Positions 1 to 8,878 of a stretch of DNA of 46,428 nucleotides are shown here, one piece after another (position 1 is the stretch's first letter; every line of letters starts with the position of its first letter). Where the stretch lies: contig CANQAQ010000002.1 of assembly GCA_947589275.1 (NCBI GenBank), positions 1-46,428 of the forward strand. The letters are read 5' to 3'. Position numbers and translations under genes: made by a program. Source of the DNA: an uncultured Bacilli bacterium. GTDB taxonomy: Bacteria > Bacillota_I > Bacilli_A > RF39 > UBA660. The notes beneath the pieces were generated by a model. It worked only from the letters and a program-made list of their open reading frames with translations, was not told the origin of the DNA and made no database searches.

Positions 1-390
1 AGGTATCACTTTTTTCATAACTTCCCATGGTGTTTTAACCATCCTTGGTTCTCCCATTTCATCTTCATATCCTTTTGCAGCTGGAATAACATAACCAACA
101 CAATCAACTAATCTTATATTTGCCTCAAAATCATCAACCTTTATTTTAGCCGCATTACTAGGCACAAATTTAGGTTCTATTGTCATAATAGTTTTACCTT
201 GAGCAGTCTGAGGAATTTCATCTAAACATCTTTTTCTTTCATATTCATCTTCTATATTAGGAACTACAATATTTTCGATGAATTTTTTTATAAATGTAGA
301 TTTACCAGTTCTAACTGCACCAACTACACCTAGATATATATCTCCGCCTGTTCTTTCTGATATACTCTTTATAATATCTATCTTTTCCAT
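1..390 (-). CDS. spoIVA: Stage IV sporulation protein A, N-terminal part (gene runs off the window edge)
   Basis: Minus-strand ORF with its ATG at 390..388, not in the ORF track because it is truncated. Translation MEKIDIIKSISERTGGDIYLGVVGAVRTGKSTFIKKFIENIVVPNI... carries the SpoIVA N-terminus and Walker A box (GAVRTGKST). About 130 codons are present. Confidence 0.9.
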   Translation of the reverse strand, partial: MEKIDIIKSISERTGGDIYLGVVGAVRTGKSTFIKKFIENIVVPNIEDEYERKRCLDEIPQTAQGKTIMTIEPKFVPSNAAKIKVDDFEANIRLVDCVGYVIPAAKGYEDEMGEPRMVKTPWEVMKKVIP

Positions 391-427
391 TTAATCCCTA
401 CTTTCTTTACTAAACTATATGAATAAT

Positions 428-456
428 AAAAAAAGTTATTACTAAAAAGTAATAAA
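428..456 (-). terminator. Candidate intrinsic terminator after spoVIF
   Basis: Read on the minus strand: TTATTACT-TTTT-AGTAATAA hairpin directly after the stop, followed by CTTTTTTT. The stem is A:T only, so it is weak. Confidence 0.35.
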
Positions 457-458
457 GC

Positions 459-701
459 TTAAATCATTTTATCTAAATTATCTGGAATTTTATCATTTAT
501 AACAGCACTTATTATCTTATCTTCTTGTTCTTTACTAACATCCTTACCTGTCATTACACTTAATTCATGAATAACCTCTCTTAATGTATCTTCATTTTTC
601 ATATTATCTCCTTGAAGTTTTTGTGCTAGATTTACTATTGTTGATTTTTTAATATTAGTCTTTTTTTCAACTCTTTTAAAAAGATTATCATTTATATTCA
701 T
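459..701 (-). CDS. spoVIF: Stage VI sporulation protein F (SpoVIF/YjcC family)
   Basis: 80-aa soluble protein. The stretches LFKRVEKKT...VNLAQKLQ...NEDTLREVIHEL...KEQEDKII are collinear with B. subtilis SpoVIF as I remember it. The gene is adjacent to spoIVA. Confidence 0.7.
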   Translation of the reverse strand: MNINDNLFKRVEKKTNIKKSTIVNLAQKLQGDNMKNEDTLREVIHELSVMTGKDVSKEQEDKIISAVINDKIPDNLDKMI

Positions 702-797
702 TTAGTAACCACCCTCTAGTCTAATATATGGATTAATTAATTTTTGGTTACTAAAATTTATATTTGTGCTATAATAAAAAAAAGGAGGTTTTGATTT

Positions 798-1259
798 ATG
801 TCAAATCTATTTAATAATAGAAAAAATAAACTTAAAAAATTAGAAAATAAAATCAAGGAATTAGAAGAAAAATCATCTATTTTACAACTTATAATAAGTG
901 ATCAAGTTTCATCTGATTCAAATACTATTGATATTAGTAATGTTTATGTAGTTAATATTAATAATTGTAGATACTTTGCTTATGAGAAATCTATTAAAGC
1001 TGATAATTTTATACATTACATCAACATATTTAACGATAAAGAAATCTGTAAGTATTCTTTTAAATTACCATCTTGTTTGCTTAATGATCCAAATATATTA
1101 TCAATAATACCAATTAGTAAAATGTTTAAAGAGCTACTTATATACCCAGATGGAAATGTTCCAAATATATTGTTACAATATTTATATTATAAAGTTAATG
1201 ATATAGATTCAGAAATGCTTAAAAATATTACTAGTTTAAGTTATAAAAAACATCAGTAA
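798..1259 (+). CDS. Hypothetical protein (153 aa)
   Basis: Strong SD AAAGGAGG upstream of the ATG and a K/E-rich coiled-coil-like N-terminus. No family recognised. Confidence 0.6.
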   Translation: MSNLFNNRKNKLKKLENKIKELEEKSSILQLIISDQVSSDSNTIDISNVYVVNINNCRYFAYEKSIKADNFIHYINIFNDKEICKYSFKLPSCLLNDPNILSIIPISKMFKELLIYPDGNVPNILLQYLYYKVNDIDSEMLKNITSLSYKKHQ

Positions 1260-1281
1260 ATTAATTACTGATGTTTTATTT
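1251..1281. terminator. Bidirectional intrinsic terminator between convergent genes
   Basis: CATCAGTAA-ATTAA-TTACTGATG hairpin (9-bp stem) flanked by an A-run on the left and TTTTATTT on the right. It contains the stop of the + strand gene and abuts the der stop. Confidence 0.5.
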
Positions 1282-2589
1282 ATCTTCACCTTTATTTTTA
1301 AATTGTAATATTATTGGAGTTCCTTCAAAATCAAAGTTTTCTCTTATTTTATTTTCCAAATATCTCTCATATGAAAAATGAACTAATCCTTTATCATTAA
1401 CATTTAAAGTAAATTTAGGTGGAGTTATTCCAGACTGAGCACAAAAATATATTTTTAATCTTCTACCTTTATATGATGGTGCTATATTAAGTGCATATGC
1501 ATCTGATATAACATTATTAAGTAAACTTGTTTTTATTTTTCTTTTTGAATTTTCATATACTTTAATTATTTCTGGCATAAGAGTATGTAATCTTTTTTTT
1601 GTTTTCGCACTTAAAAATACAATTGGAATATAATCTAAAAATTGAAATTCTGCTCTCATTTTTTTAGTAAAAGTTTTTATATCATTTTTATCTTCAACAG
1701 TATCCCATTTATTTACAACAAACACCATTGGTTTACCTGCTTCAAGTGCATATGAAGCTATATGTTTATCATGTTCAATTATACCTTCTTCTGCATTTAT
1801 TACAATTACGCATACATCGCTTCTTTCAATAGATTTCATAGCTCTAAGCACACTATATTTTTCTACATTTTCAAATATTTTTCCCTTTTTTCTCATACCA
1901 GCTGTATCTATTGCTATATAATCTTTTTTTTCATATTTAAATTTTGTATCAATAGAATCTCTAGTTGTACCCGCTTCATTACTTACAATTACTCTTTCTT
2001 CATTTAGTAATGCATTAACTAAAGAACTTTTACCTACATTTGGTCTTCCTATTAAACAAAACTTAAGTATATCAGAATATTCATCTTCTATATCTTTTGG
2101 GAAACCATTTGTTATTTCATCTAATAATTCTTTAAAACCTGTACCATGTTCACCACTTATAGGAATATAATAATCAAATCCTAATTCATAAAAATCATAT
2201 ATATTATCTATATGTTTTTTATTATCCATTTTATTAATTGCAACTATAACCTTTTTATTTGACTTATATAATATATCCCTAACTTTAAAATCATTAGATG
2301 TTAGCCCATATTTACCATCTACTACAAAAACAACTACATCTGCTTCTTCTATTGCAATTTCTGCTTGAATTTTTATCTCATTATTAAATAATTCTTTTGA
2401 TACATCAATTCCACCTGTATCAATTAAATTAAATTTATAACCATTTTTATTATAAACTCCATATATTCTATCTCTTGTTATACCAGGTATATCCTCAATA
2501 ATAGAAATCTTTCTTCCAATTAATCTATTAAATATTGTAGATTTGCCTACATTTGGACTTCCTACTAACGCTACTGTTGGAATTTTCAT
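1276..2589 (-). CDS. der: Ribosome-associated GTPase Der (EngA)
   Basis: Two tandem GTPase domains (G1 GSPNVGKST and GRPNVGKSS, G3 DTGG and DTAG, G4 NKMD and NKWD) plus a C-terminal KH-like region. The ORF-track start is a GTG inside the SD. The ATG at 2589 (MKIPTVALVG) follows GAGGTGA. Confidence 0.95.
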   Translation of the reverse strand: MKIPTVALVGSPNVGKSTIFNRLIGRKISIIEDIPGITRDRIYGVYNKNGYKFNLIDTGGIDVSKELFNNEIKIQAEIAIEEADVVVFVVDGKYGLTSNDFKVRDILYKSNKKVIVAINKMDNKKHIDNIYDFYELGFDYYIPISGEHGTGFKELLDEITNGFPKDIEDEYSDILKFCLIGRPNVGKSSLVNALLNEERVIVSNEAGTTRDSIDTKFKYEKKDYIAIDTAGMRKKGKIFENVEKYSVLRAMKSIERSDVCVIVINAEEGIIEHDKHIASYALEAGKPMVFVVNKWDTVEDKNDIKTFTKKMRAEFQFLDYIPIVFLSAKTKKRLHTLMPEIIKVYENSKRKIKTSLLNNVISDAYALNIAPSYKGRRLKIYFCAQSGITPPKFTLNVNDKGLVHFSYERYLENKIRENFDFEGTPIILQFKNKGEDK

Positions 2590-2644
2590 ATTAGTCACCT
2601 CACAAACAGCATAATTATATCATAATATTATAAAAAAAAGAAGT

Positions 2645-3127
2645 TTATATTTTAACACCCCTTCCTAAAATCTTATATACATTATCATCAAAAATGACCT
2701 TTGATTCTTCTAATAATCTTATATCTACATTTTTTACATTTAAATAATATTTATTATCATAATAGTATATTTCATTACCTAAAAAATCTAATGGATCATC
2801 TACTTCATATAAAAATAACTTATCATCTAATATATTTAATTTTATATTAATTATATCATTATCTACTTCATCTAATTTAATTAACTCAACTATAATTCCA
2901 TAATAATAATTAATATAAAAGTTAATATGATATGAATTTTCTAATTTAATATTATAGTAATTCTTTAATACATTAAATACATCAATTAATATTTCTTTTA
3001 TACTATTTATATTTAGTTGAACTTTTTTATTAATAAGATATACAATTATCCTATCTTGATAATAATCTATCTTCACTATACCACCACAGTACATTATATG
3101 AAAAAAATGAAGAATTTTACTCTTCAT
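2645..3127 (-). CDS. Hypothetical protein (160 aa, start uncertain)
   Basis: ORF overlapping the engB stop by 11 nt, N/Y/I-rich, with no recognisable motif. It may start at the internal Met (MYCGG...). Confidence 0.45.
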   Translation of the reverse strand: MKSKILHFFHIMYCGGIVKIDYYQDRIIVYLINKKVQLNINSIKEILIDVFNVLKNYYNIKLENSYHINFYINYYYGIIVELIKLDEVDNDIINIKLNILDDKLFLYEVDDPLDFLGNEIYYYDNKYYLNVKNVDIRLLEESKVIFDDNVYKILGRGVKI

Positions 3128-3710
3128 TATAAACTATTTTACTTATAATACTAGATATATTATTTTTACCTAATTTTGTTGAACTTGAGAATAATATAAA
3201 ATTATCATCATCTTTTATAGATAAAGTTTCCTTTATAAGTTTTACTTGTTTTTCTCTTATTGATTTTCCTATTTTATCAACTTTAGTCGCAACAACAGTA
3301 ATATCTAAATTATAATATTTTAAAAAATTATACATAAGTAAATCATCATTAGTTGGTTTATGTCTAAAATCTATAAGCATAAATACATGTTTTAAATTAT
3401 TTCTATTTGTTATATACTCTTCTATCATCATTCCAAATTTCTGTTGTCTTTCTTTACTAACACTAGCAAATCCATATCCAGGAACATCGACTAAATAAAA
3501 ATCATCATTTACTATATAAAAATTTAAAGTTTGAGTTTTACCGGGTTTACCTGATACCCTAGCATAGTTTCTTCTTTCAATTATTGAATTAATAAAACTA
3601 CTCTTACCAACATTACTTCTTCCAACAAGTAAAAATTCTGGTTTATTATCTGTAGGATACTGACTTTGTCTTACAGCACTTATCGTAAGATCTACAGTAT
3701 TAATTTTCAT
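3117..3710 (-). CDS. engB: Ribosome biogenesis GTP-binding protein YsxC/EngB
   Basis: MKINTVDLTISAVRQSQYP...LLVGRSNVGKSSFINS...GKTQTLNFY...DVPGYGFA aligns end to end with B. subtilis YsxC from memory. The start is set at the second Met, matching the YsxC N-terminus. Confidence 0.9.
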   Translation of the reverse strand: MKINTVDLTISAVRQSQYPTDNKPEFLLVGRSNVGKSSFINSIIERRNYARVSGKPGKTQTLNFYIVNDDFYLVDVPGYGFASVSKERQQKFGMMIEEYITNRNNLKHVFMLIDFRHKPTNDDLLMYNFLKYYNLDITVVATKVDKIGKSIREKQVKLIKETLSIKDDDNFILFSSSTKLGKNNISSIISKIVYNEE

Positions 3711-3765
3711 AAAATCACCTATATCCATTATAACAAAATAAAAAAATTAAAGCAAACTGCCTTAA

Positions 3766-4722
3766 TTATTTATTATTTTTCTTATATTCTTTACATAGTT
3801 CATCTAAATCTTTTACTAAATCTTTCATCATTTCAAAGTCTTTTAGTCTTGCACCTGAAGCAAATTTATGTCCACCACCATTATATCTTTCTAATACTTT
3901 ATTTATTACTGGCCCTCTACTTCTAGCATTAACTCTAATTTGGTTTTGTTTTGTATCTTCTGAAAATGTTACCCAAACAAGAACTTCATTTATATTATTA
4001 AAATTATTTACTAAATTACCACTACTAGCTGGATCAACTTCAAATTTTTTTATTATTTCGTCAGTTATTTTTAAATAACCTAATCCATTTTCAGTAACTA
4101 TTAAATTTTGATACATATATCCTTGAAGTCTTATCTCTGATAAAGGTCTTGCATATAAATCATCATAAAGATTTGTAAAATCTATTCCTGTATCATTTAT
4201 AAGTTTTGATACTAATGACATTGTTTTTTTAGTTGTGTAATAAAACAAAAATCTATTAGTATCTGAAACAAGTCCCATAAATAATCTTTCAGCTGCATAT
4301 TTATTTATTTTTAATCTTGTACTATACACTAATTCAATAATCATTTGGCATACACTAGATTCAGTATCATCAACCCAAGATATATCTCCAAATTCATCTA
4401 TAGCTGGATGATGATCAATTTTTATTACATATTTATACTTTGAAATATCTTTAATCCCATCAATTCTTTTTAAATCTGGTGTATCAAGTACTATTAATAA
4501 AGCATCATAAAAATCTTCTTCTTTTATTTTATCAACATTACCCATATATTTAAATTTAGATGATGTTGTCCCAATTGCATATACTTCTTTTTTTGGAAAT
4601 GTTTCTTTAATTATTTCTCGTAATCCTATTGAACTTCCTAGTGCATCTGGATCTGCACCTATATGTCTTGCAATTATTATCTTTTTAAATTCTTTTATTT
4701 TTTTATATATTGTTTTTTCCAT
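3766..4722 (-). CDS. nrnA: DHH/DHHA1 phosphoesterase, NrnA-like oligoribonuclease / pAp phosphatase
   Basis: DHH motif (IKIDHHP) and DHHA1 motif (NGGGHKFASG), with the size typical of NrnA. Confidence 0.85.
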   Translation of the reverse strand: MEKTIYKKIKEFKKIIIARHIGADPDALGSSIGLREIIKETFPKKEVYAIGTTSSKFKYMGNVDKIKEEDFYDALLIVLDTPDLKRIDGIKDISKYKYVIKIDHHPAIDEFGDISWVDDTESSVCQMIIELVYSTRLKINKYAAERLFMGLVSDTNRFLFYYTTKKTMSLVSKLINDTGIDFTNLYDDLYARPLSEIRLQGYMYQNLIVTENGLGYLKITDEIIKKFEVDPASSGNLVNNFNNINEVLVWVTFSEDTKQNQIRVNARSRGPVINKVLERYNGGGHKFASGARLKDFEMMKDLVKDLDELCKEYKKNNK

Positions 4723-4738
4723 AAAAACACCTTTATTT

Positions 4739-5920
4739 CTATATTAAACTATACGTATCTCTTGCTATTACTACCTCTTCATCAGTTGGTATTACATATA
4801 CTAAAACTTCACTATCAGTTGATGAAATAACTCCTTCTTTTCCAAATCTACATTCATTATTTTTTTCTTCATCTATCTTTATACCAAGACATGATAATTT
4901 ATCTATTATTAATTTTCTAATATTTGGAGCATTTTCTCCAATACCTGCAGTAAAGCAAAGTACATCAACTCCACCTAATTCAACATAATATTTAGCAATA
5001 TAACCAACAATAGAATTAACATATAATTCATATGCTAAAATACTTGGTTTATGATTTTCTTTTACCTTTTCATCTAAATCTCTAGAATCACTACTAACTT
5101 TACTTATACCAAGTAATCCACTTTTTTTATTTAATTCGTTATCTACTTCAGTAATACTCATACCTGTTTTTTTCATTATATATGGAATAATACCATAATC
5201 TATATCACCTGAACGTGACCCCATAACAATACCAGCATTTGGAGTAAATCCCATAGTTGTATCTATACATTTTCCATCTTTTACAGCACTAATACTTCCT
5301 CCATTACCTAAATGACATACTATTACATTTGCTTTAGTTTTATTTATTATATTCATTACTCTTTCTGATACATATTTATGACTCATACCATGAAATCCAT
5401 ATTTTCTAACTCCATATTTTTCATACCATAAATCAGGTACTGCATATCTAAATTTATCTTCTTGTAATGTTTGATGAAATGCAGTATCAAAACATCCAAC
5501 CTGAACTGCATTAGGAATTTTTTTCATAAAAGCATAAACTCCAGATATATTAGCAGGATTATGAAGTGGAGCTAATTCATTTAATTTTGATATATCATCT
5601 AAAATATTTTTATCTAATACAATTGATTTAGAATATTTACTTCCACCATGAACTATTCTATGACCTACTCCTGCTATTTCATCTAATGAATTAATTACTT
5701 TATTATCAACTAATTCATCAATCAAAATATTTACTGCTACTTCATGATTTTCTAGATTTTTTTCCTTTCTTACTTTTTCTCCATTAAGTTTTATAGTATA
5801 AAAACTATTTTCTAAACCTATTCTCTCAAATGTTCCTGAAATTAATACTTTTTCCTCTGGCATATCATACATTTGAAATTTTAAAGATGAACTTCCAGAA
5901 TTTACAGACAAAATATACAT
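4739..5920 (-). CDS. ackA: Acetate kinase
   Basis: Has the N-terminal ILSVNSGSSSLKFQ, HRIVHGG, FDTAFHQT and GFHGMSH acetate/propionate kinase signatures over the full 393-aa length. Confidence 0.95.
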   Translation of the reverse strand: MYILSVNSGSSSLKFQMYDMPEEKVLISGTFERIGLENSFYTIKLNGEKVRKEKNLENHEVAVNILIDELVDNKVINSLDEIAGVGHRIVHGGSKYSKSIVLDKNILDDISKLNELAPLHNPANISGVYAFMKKIPNAVQVGCFDTAFHQTLQEDKFRYAVPDLWYEKYGVRKYGFHGMSHKYVSERVMNIINKTKANVIVCHLGNGGSISAVKDGKCIDTTMGFTPNAGIVMGSRSGDIDYGIIPYIMKKTGMSITEVDNELNKKSGLLGISKVSSDSRDLDEKVKENHKPSILAYELYVNSIVGYIAKYYVELGGVDVLCFTAGIGENAPNIRKLIIDKLSCLGIKIDEEKNNECRFGKEGVISSTDSEVLVYVIPTDEEVVIARDTYSLI

Positions 5921-5971
5921 AATATCACCTCAATATATATTATACAATAAAATATATTATATTTAAATGAT

Positions 5972-6002
5972 AAAAAAGAAAAAAACATATTTTACATATG
6001 TT
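5972..6002 (-). terminator. Candidate intrinsic terminator after the 364-aa gene
   Basis: On the minus strand, an AACATAT-GTAAA-ATATGTT hairpin overlaps the stop codon and is followed by TTTTTTCTTTTTT. Confidence 0.4.
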
Positions 6003-7095
6003 ATTTCATTTTTAGTATTAAATTAACTATAATTGCTGCATATACAAGAATTATTATTGTTAATATAAATATATCTGCAAATCCAGCAGTTGCTGAAATA
6101 GGTGGTACATATTTTAATGATTTTTCATCAGATAGTTGTTCAATTGATTGATTTTCTTCATCTTTAATAGGTGGTGTTATTGTTCTTAGTCTATCGTCAA
6201 CTTTGATTGAAAATTGATTTTTTAGTTCGTCTAATTTTCCATCATATGTTTTATCACCTTTTTTTTGAATAGCTAATAACATTATATGAACAGGAACAAA
6301 ATAATTTTTTAAAGCTTTATCTTTATTAACAATTTCATCTGATTTATTAATTTCACTTACAATTTTACCATCAATACTAAAATCAGATGGTTCAGTAGGT
6401 ATTTTTGTATTATTTTTAATGCAATCAGCAGCTCCAATTATACTATTATTTGTTACTTGGTCAATTATACTTTTAGAACTCATAAGTAATCCTGTATCAG
6501 GATTTTTAAACTTACTCATAAGAATTGAATCGATTTTGTTAATATCGTTAGTACTTATTGCATTATATAAATCTAATAAAGTTTCTTTTTTTTCTTCCTT
6601 TTTAATACTTGCAACAGGTTCAAAATCTATAGTTTCTATTTCTTCATCTTCTTCACTATTTAGAGTTTCAATTTTTTCAGAAATAAATTCATCAATATTA
6701 AATTTACCACTCTCAAGGTCATCAATTGTAACAGTAGTAATCTTACCTAATTCATTTTTTATAGATATATTATTAGATTCAATATTAGTAATATAATCTT
6801 TTATTTTTGGATTATTATTTATATAGTTTTCAATTCTTTGCTTATTTCTTGCATCAATTACGCATTTAGGTGCATTTGGTATATTATTTTTAGAATATTC
6901 AACTTCTTCTTTATTAAATAAATCTATATTTAATCTACCTTTTTCAAGATCATCAATTGTTACAATAGCACTTTTACCTAACTTATTTTTTACCCATATA
7001 TTATTAGATTCTTCACTTACTCCAGTAATATAATCTTTGTATAATGGATTATTATCTCTAAACTCTTTAAGTCTTTTTATAACACTAATGTCCAT
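6001..7095 (-). CDS. Hypothetical tail-anchored protein with an internally duplicated N-terminal module
   Basis: 364 aa. Two approximately 50-aa copies: NNPLYKDYITGVSEESNNIWVKNKLGKSAIVTIDDLEKGRLNIDLF and NNPKIKDYITNIESNNISIKNELGKITTVTIDDLESGKFNIDEF. A single TM segment sits at the extreme C-terminus (FADIFILTIIILVYAAIIVNLIL). Confidence 0.6.
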   Translation of the reverse strand: MDISVIKRLKEFRDNNPLYKDYITGVSEESNNIWVKNKLGKSAIVTIDDLEKGRLNIDLFNKEEVEYSKNNIPNAPKCVIDARNKQRIENYINNNPKIKDYITNIESNNISIKNELGKITTVTIDDLESGKFNIDEFISEKIETLNSEEDEEIETIDFEPVASIKKEEKKETLLDLYNAISTNDINKIDSILMSKFKNPDTGLLMSSKSIIDQVTNNSIIGAADCIKNNTKIPTEPSDFSIDGKIVSEINKSDEIVNKDKALKNYFVPVHIMLLAIQKKGDKTYDGKLDELKNQFSIKVDDRLRTITPPIKDEENQSIEQLSDEKSLKYVPPISATAGFADIFILTIIILVYAAIIVNLILKMK

Positions 7096-7163
7096 ATATA
7101 CCTCCTAGTCTTATTATATATATGATTATAACATATTTTAAAAGAAATATACATAGTTTTTAA

Positions 7164-7207
7164 TAAAAAAATAAAAAAGTGAACTATATATAACCCATAT
7201 AGTTCAC
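7164..7207 (-). terminator. Intrinsic terminator of the SASP gene
   Basis: Perfect 11-bp stem GTGAACTATAT / ATATAGTTCAC with a 7-nt loop. On the minus strand it is followed by TTTTTTATTTTTTTATT. Confidence 0.7.
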
Positions 7208-7238
7208 TAATAATCTATCATATATTTCTATTTATTAA

Positions 7239-7448
7239 TTATTGGTTGTTTGACATATAATTTCCACTGATTTGTGCTTGACCCATTTGAACTAATCTAC
7301 GAGTTATTTCACCACCTACAGAACCGTTAGCTCTTGCAGTTGCATCAGCACCTAATTTAACACCAAATTCATTAGCTATTTCATATTTCATTCTTTCGAT
7401 AGCTTCTTTTGATGCAGGTGTAACTAATTTATTACTAGTACTTTTCAT
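7239..7448 (-). CDS. Alpha/beta-type small acid-soluble spore protein
   Basis: Both conserved SASP boxes are present ([10 protein letters not shown] and [12 protein letters not shown]). The true start is the ATG at 7448 (MKSTSNK), preceded by GGAGGTG. The ORF-track GTG start lies inside that SD. Confidence 0.9.
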   Translation of the reverse strand: MKSTSNKLVTPASKEAIERMKYEIANEFGVKLGADATARANGSVGGEITRRLVQMGQAQISGNYMSNNQ

Positions 7449-7471
7449 TATTTTCACCTCCTATACATTTA

Positions 7472-7500
7472 TAGAATGTGAAAATTTTGTCATTTCATAC
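7472..7500 (-). promoter_or_regulatory. Forespore sigmaG/sigmaF-type promoter of the SASP gene
   Basis: The minus strand reads GTATG-17 nt-CATTCTA. This fits the GnATR / CAtnnTA forespore promoter pattern as I recall it. It lies about 20 nt upstream of the SD. Confidence 0.5.
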
Positions 7501-7536
7501 AAATAATAACATGGTAATTAGTGGAAAAAGAAAGAA

Positions 7537-8523
7537 TTATATTCTTTCTTCTTCATACATATTTTCAGTTTTAATACTTTCATCTGGTGTATTTCCTTGA
7601 ATGACATTTAATATTCCATCCATTTTTGCTTGAACACCATTTAATTTTGTCTCTAATTCATTTTTATTTTGTGATAATTCATCTTTTTCCTTTTTTAATG
7701 ATAGAGCTTCTTTTTGTTTTTCAAATAAATTGAATTTAGTTTGTGATAATTCTTCTTCTAAAGCTTCAATTTGTTGTTGTTGTTTTGCATAAACATCAAG
7801 TAAAAGAGGTTCAACTTCTTGCTTAAATTTTTCTTTATAATCTTCTTTAGGAGTTACTCTTGACATACTATTAGATGTTGCTTGTGTTTCCATTTTAGGA
7901 AATTCAAATGATTCTTCTTTTTCAGGCTTTGTAGATTCTTGTTTTGCACTATTTATTACTGTTTCAACTCTTTTATTTCTTGCCTGTAATTCTTCAAATG
8001 TAGGAATTTCTATAGTTTTATTTAATAAATCTTCATTTGAATTATTAACTTGTTCATTTAAAATAAAATCTGTTGGTGTATTTATTGCAGTTTCAATATT
8101 TACATCTTTTAATGTATTAATAGCTGATGAATCTTCAGAATATTTACTAGCAAGAACATCTGCAAATTTTTTAGAAACTAAAAGTTTTTTTGGTTTTCTA
8201 ACTGAAACTTCCTCACCAGAAATTTTTATATCACATTTTATATTTTCTGGAACTGGTTCTTGAGGATCTCTAGCTAATTCTTTCATGATATCCTTAATTT
8301 CTGTCCATTCCTCATTGGTTTCTATTTCTTTGTATGAATAATTAGAATTTTCTTCAATTATTCCAGTACAATAAATTTTTATCATATCATTATCATTTAT
8401 TTCATTATAAGTATAAGTTATATAATTGTTATTATTAGCTAACTTGTACTTTGCAAGTATTTGAGCTTCCTCTCTAATACCTTCTTCATTTATTATATAA
8501 AACATAACTTTATTATCGTTCAT
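7537..8523 (-). CDS. DUF1292-like N-terminal domain protein with a long coiled-coil C-terminal extension
   Basis: N-terminus FYIINEEGIREEAQILAKYKL...YITYTY...EEWTEIKDIMKEL resembles DUF1292. The C-terminal 100 aa are heptad-like (QQQIEALEEELSQTKFNLFEKQKEALSLKKEKDELSQNKNELETKL). Confidence 0.5.
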   Translation of the reverse strand: MNDNKVMFYIINEEGIREEAQILAKYKLANNNNYITYTYNEINDNDMIKIYCTGIIEENSNYSYKEIETNEEWTEIKDIMKELARDPQEPVPENIKCDIKISGEEVSVRKPKKLLVSKKFADVLASKYSEDSSAINTLKDVNIETAINTPTDFILNEQVNNSNEDLLNKTIEIPTFEELQARNKRVETVINSAKQESTKPEKEESFEFPKMETQATSNSMSRVTPKEDYKEKFKQEVEPLLLDVYAKQQQQIEALEEELSQTKFNLFEKQKEALSLKKEKDELSQNKNELETKLNGVQAKMDGILNVIQGNTPDESIKTENMYEEERI

Positions 8524-8555
8524 TTCTTAACACCTCATCTACTATTGGAATTATA

Positions 8556-8837
8556 TCATAAATTAATTCTTTTAGCAACAAAATATTTGCAACCATAAGC
8601 ACATTTTTCTTTAAGATATTTATCTAGCGTACTTATTTTATTATTAGGCTTAGATTTTGAATTATTATCATCATAAAAACCTTTTAGTCTAAGTTTTTCA
8701 TATGCCCAGTCACCTACTACATAATCAAACTCATAAAAATAATCAGTACATTTATTTATAAATTCTTCTTCATTAAATGCATCTCTATAATCTTTAATAA
8801 TTTCATATTCAATATTTTCTATCTTTACCTTTTTCAT
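8556..8837 (-). CDS. yutD: YutD family protein (DUF1027)
   Basis: YEIIKDYRDAFN...FDYVVGDWAYEKLRLKGFY matches the YutD signature as I remember it. The start is set at the Met preceded by GGAGA. Confidence 0.65.
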   Translation of the reverse strand: MKKVKIENIEYEIIKDYRDAFNEEEFINKCTDYFYEFDYVVGDWAYEKLRLKGFYDDNNSKSKPNNKISTLDKYLKEKCAYGCKYFVAKRINL

Positions 8838-8878
8838 ATATTCTCCATTAATAACCATACTAATTATAACATATATCT

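Noticed and set aside
1762-2007. 81-aa + strand ORF
   Set aside because: Entirely antisense to der. Its F/I/Y-rich composition is typical of reverse-frame reading of AT-rich coding DNA, and it has no SD.
3666-3926. 86-aa + strand ORF
   Set aside because: Antisense to the engB start and nrnA end, low-complexity hydrophobic, no SD.
6419-6796. 125-aa + strand ORF
   Set aside because: Antisense to the 364-aa gene. S/I/L-rich mirror of its acidic, K-rich coding frame.
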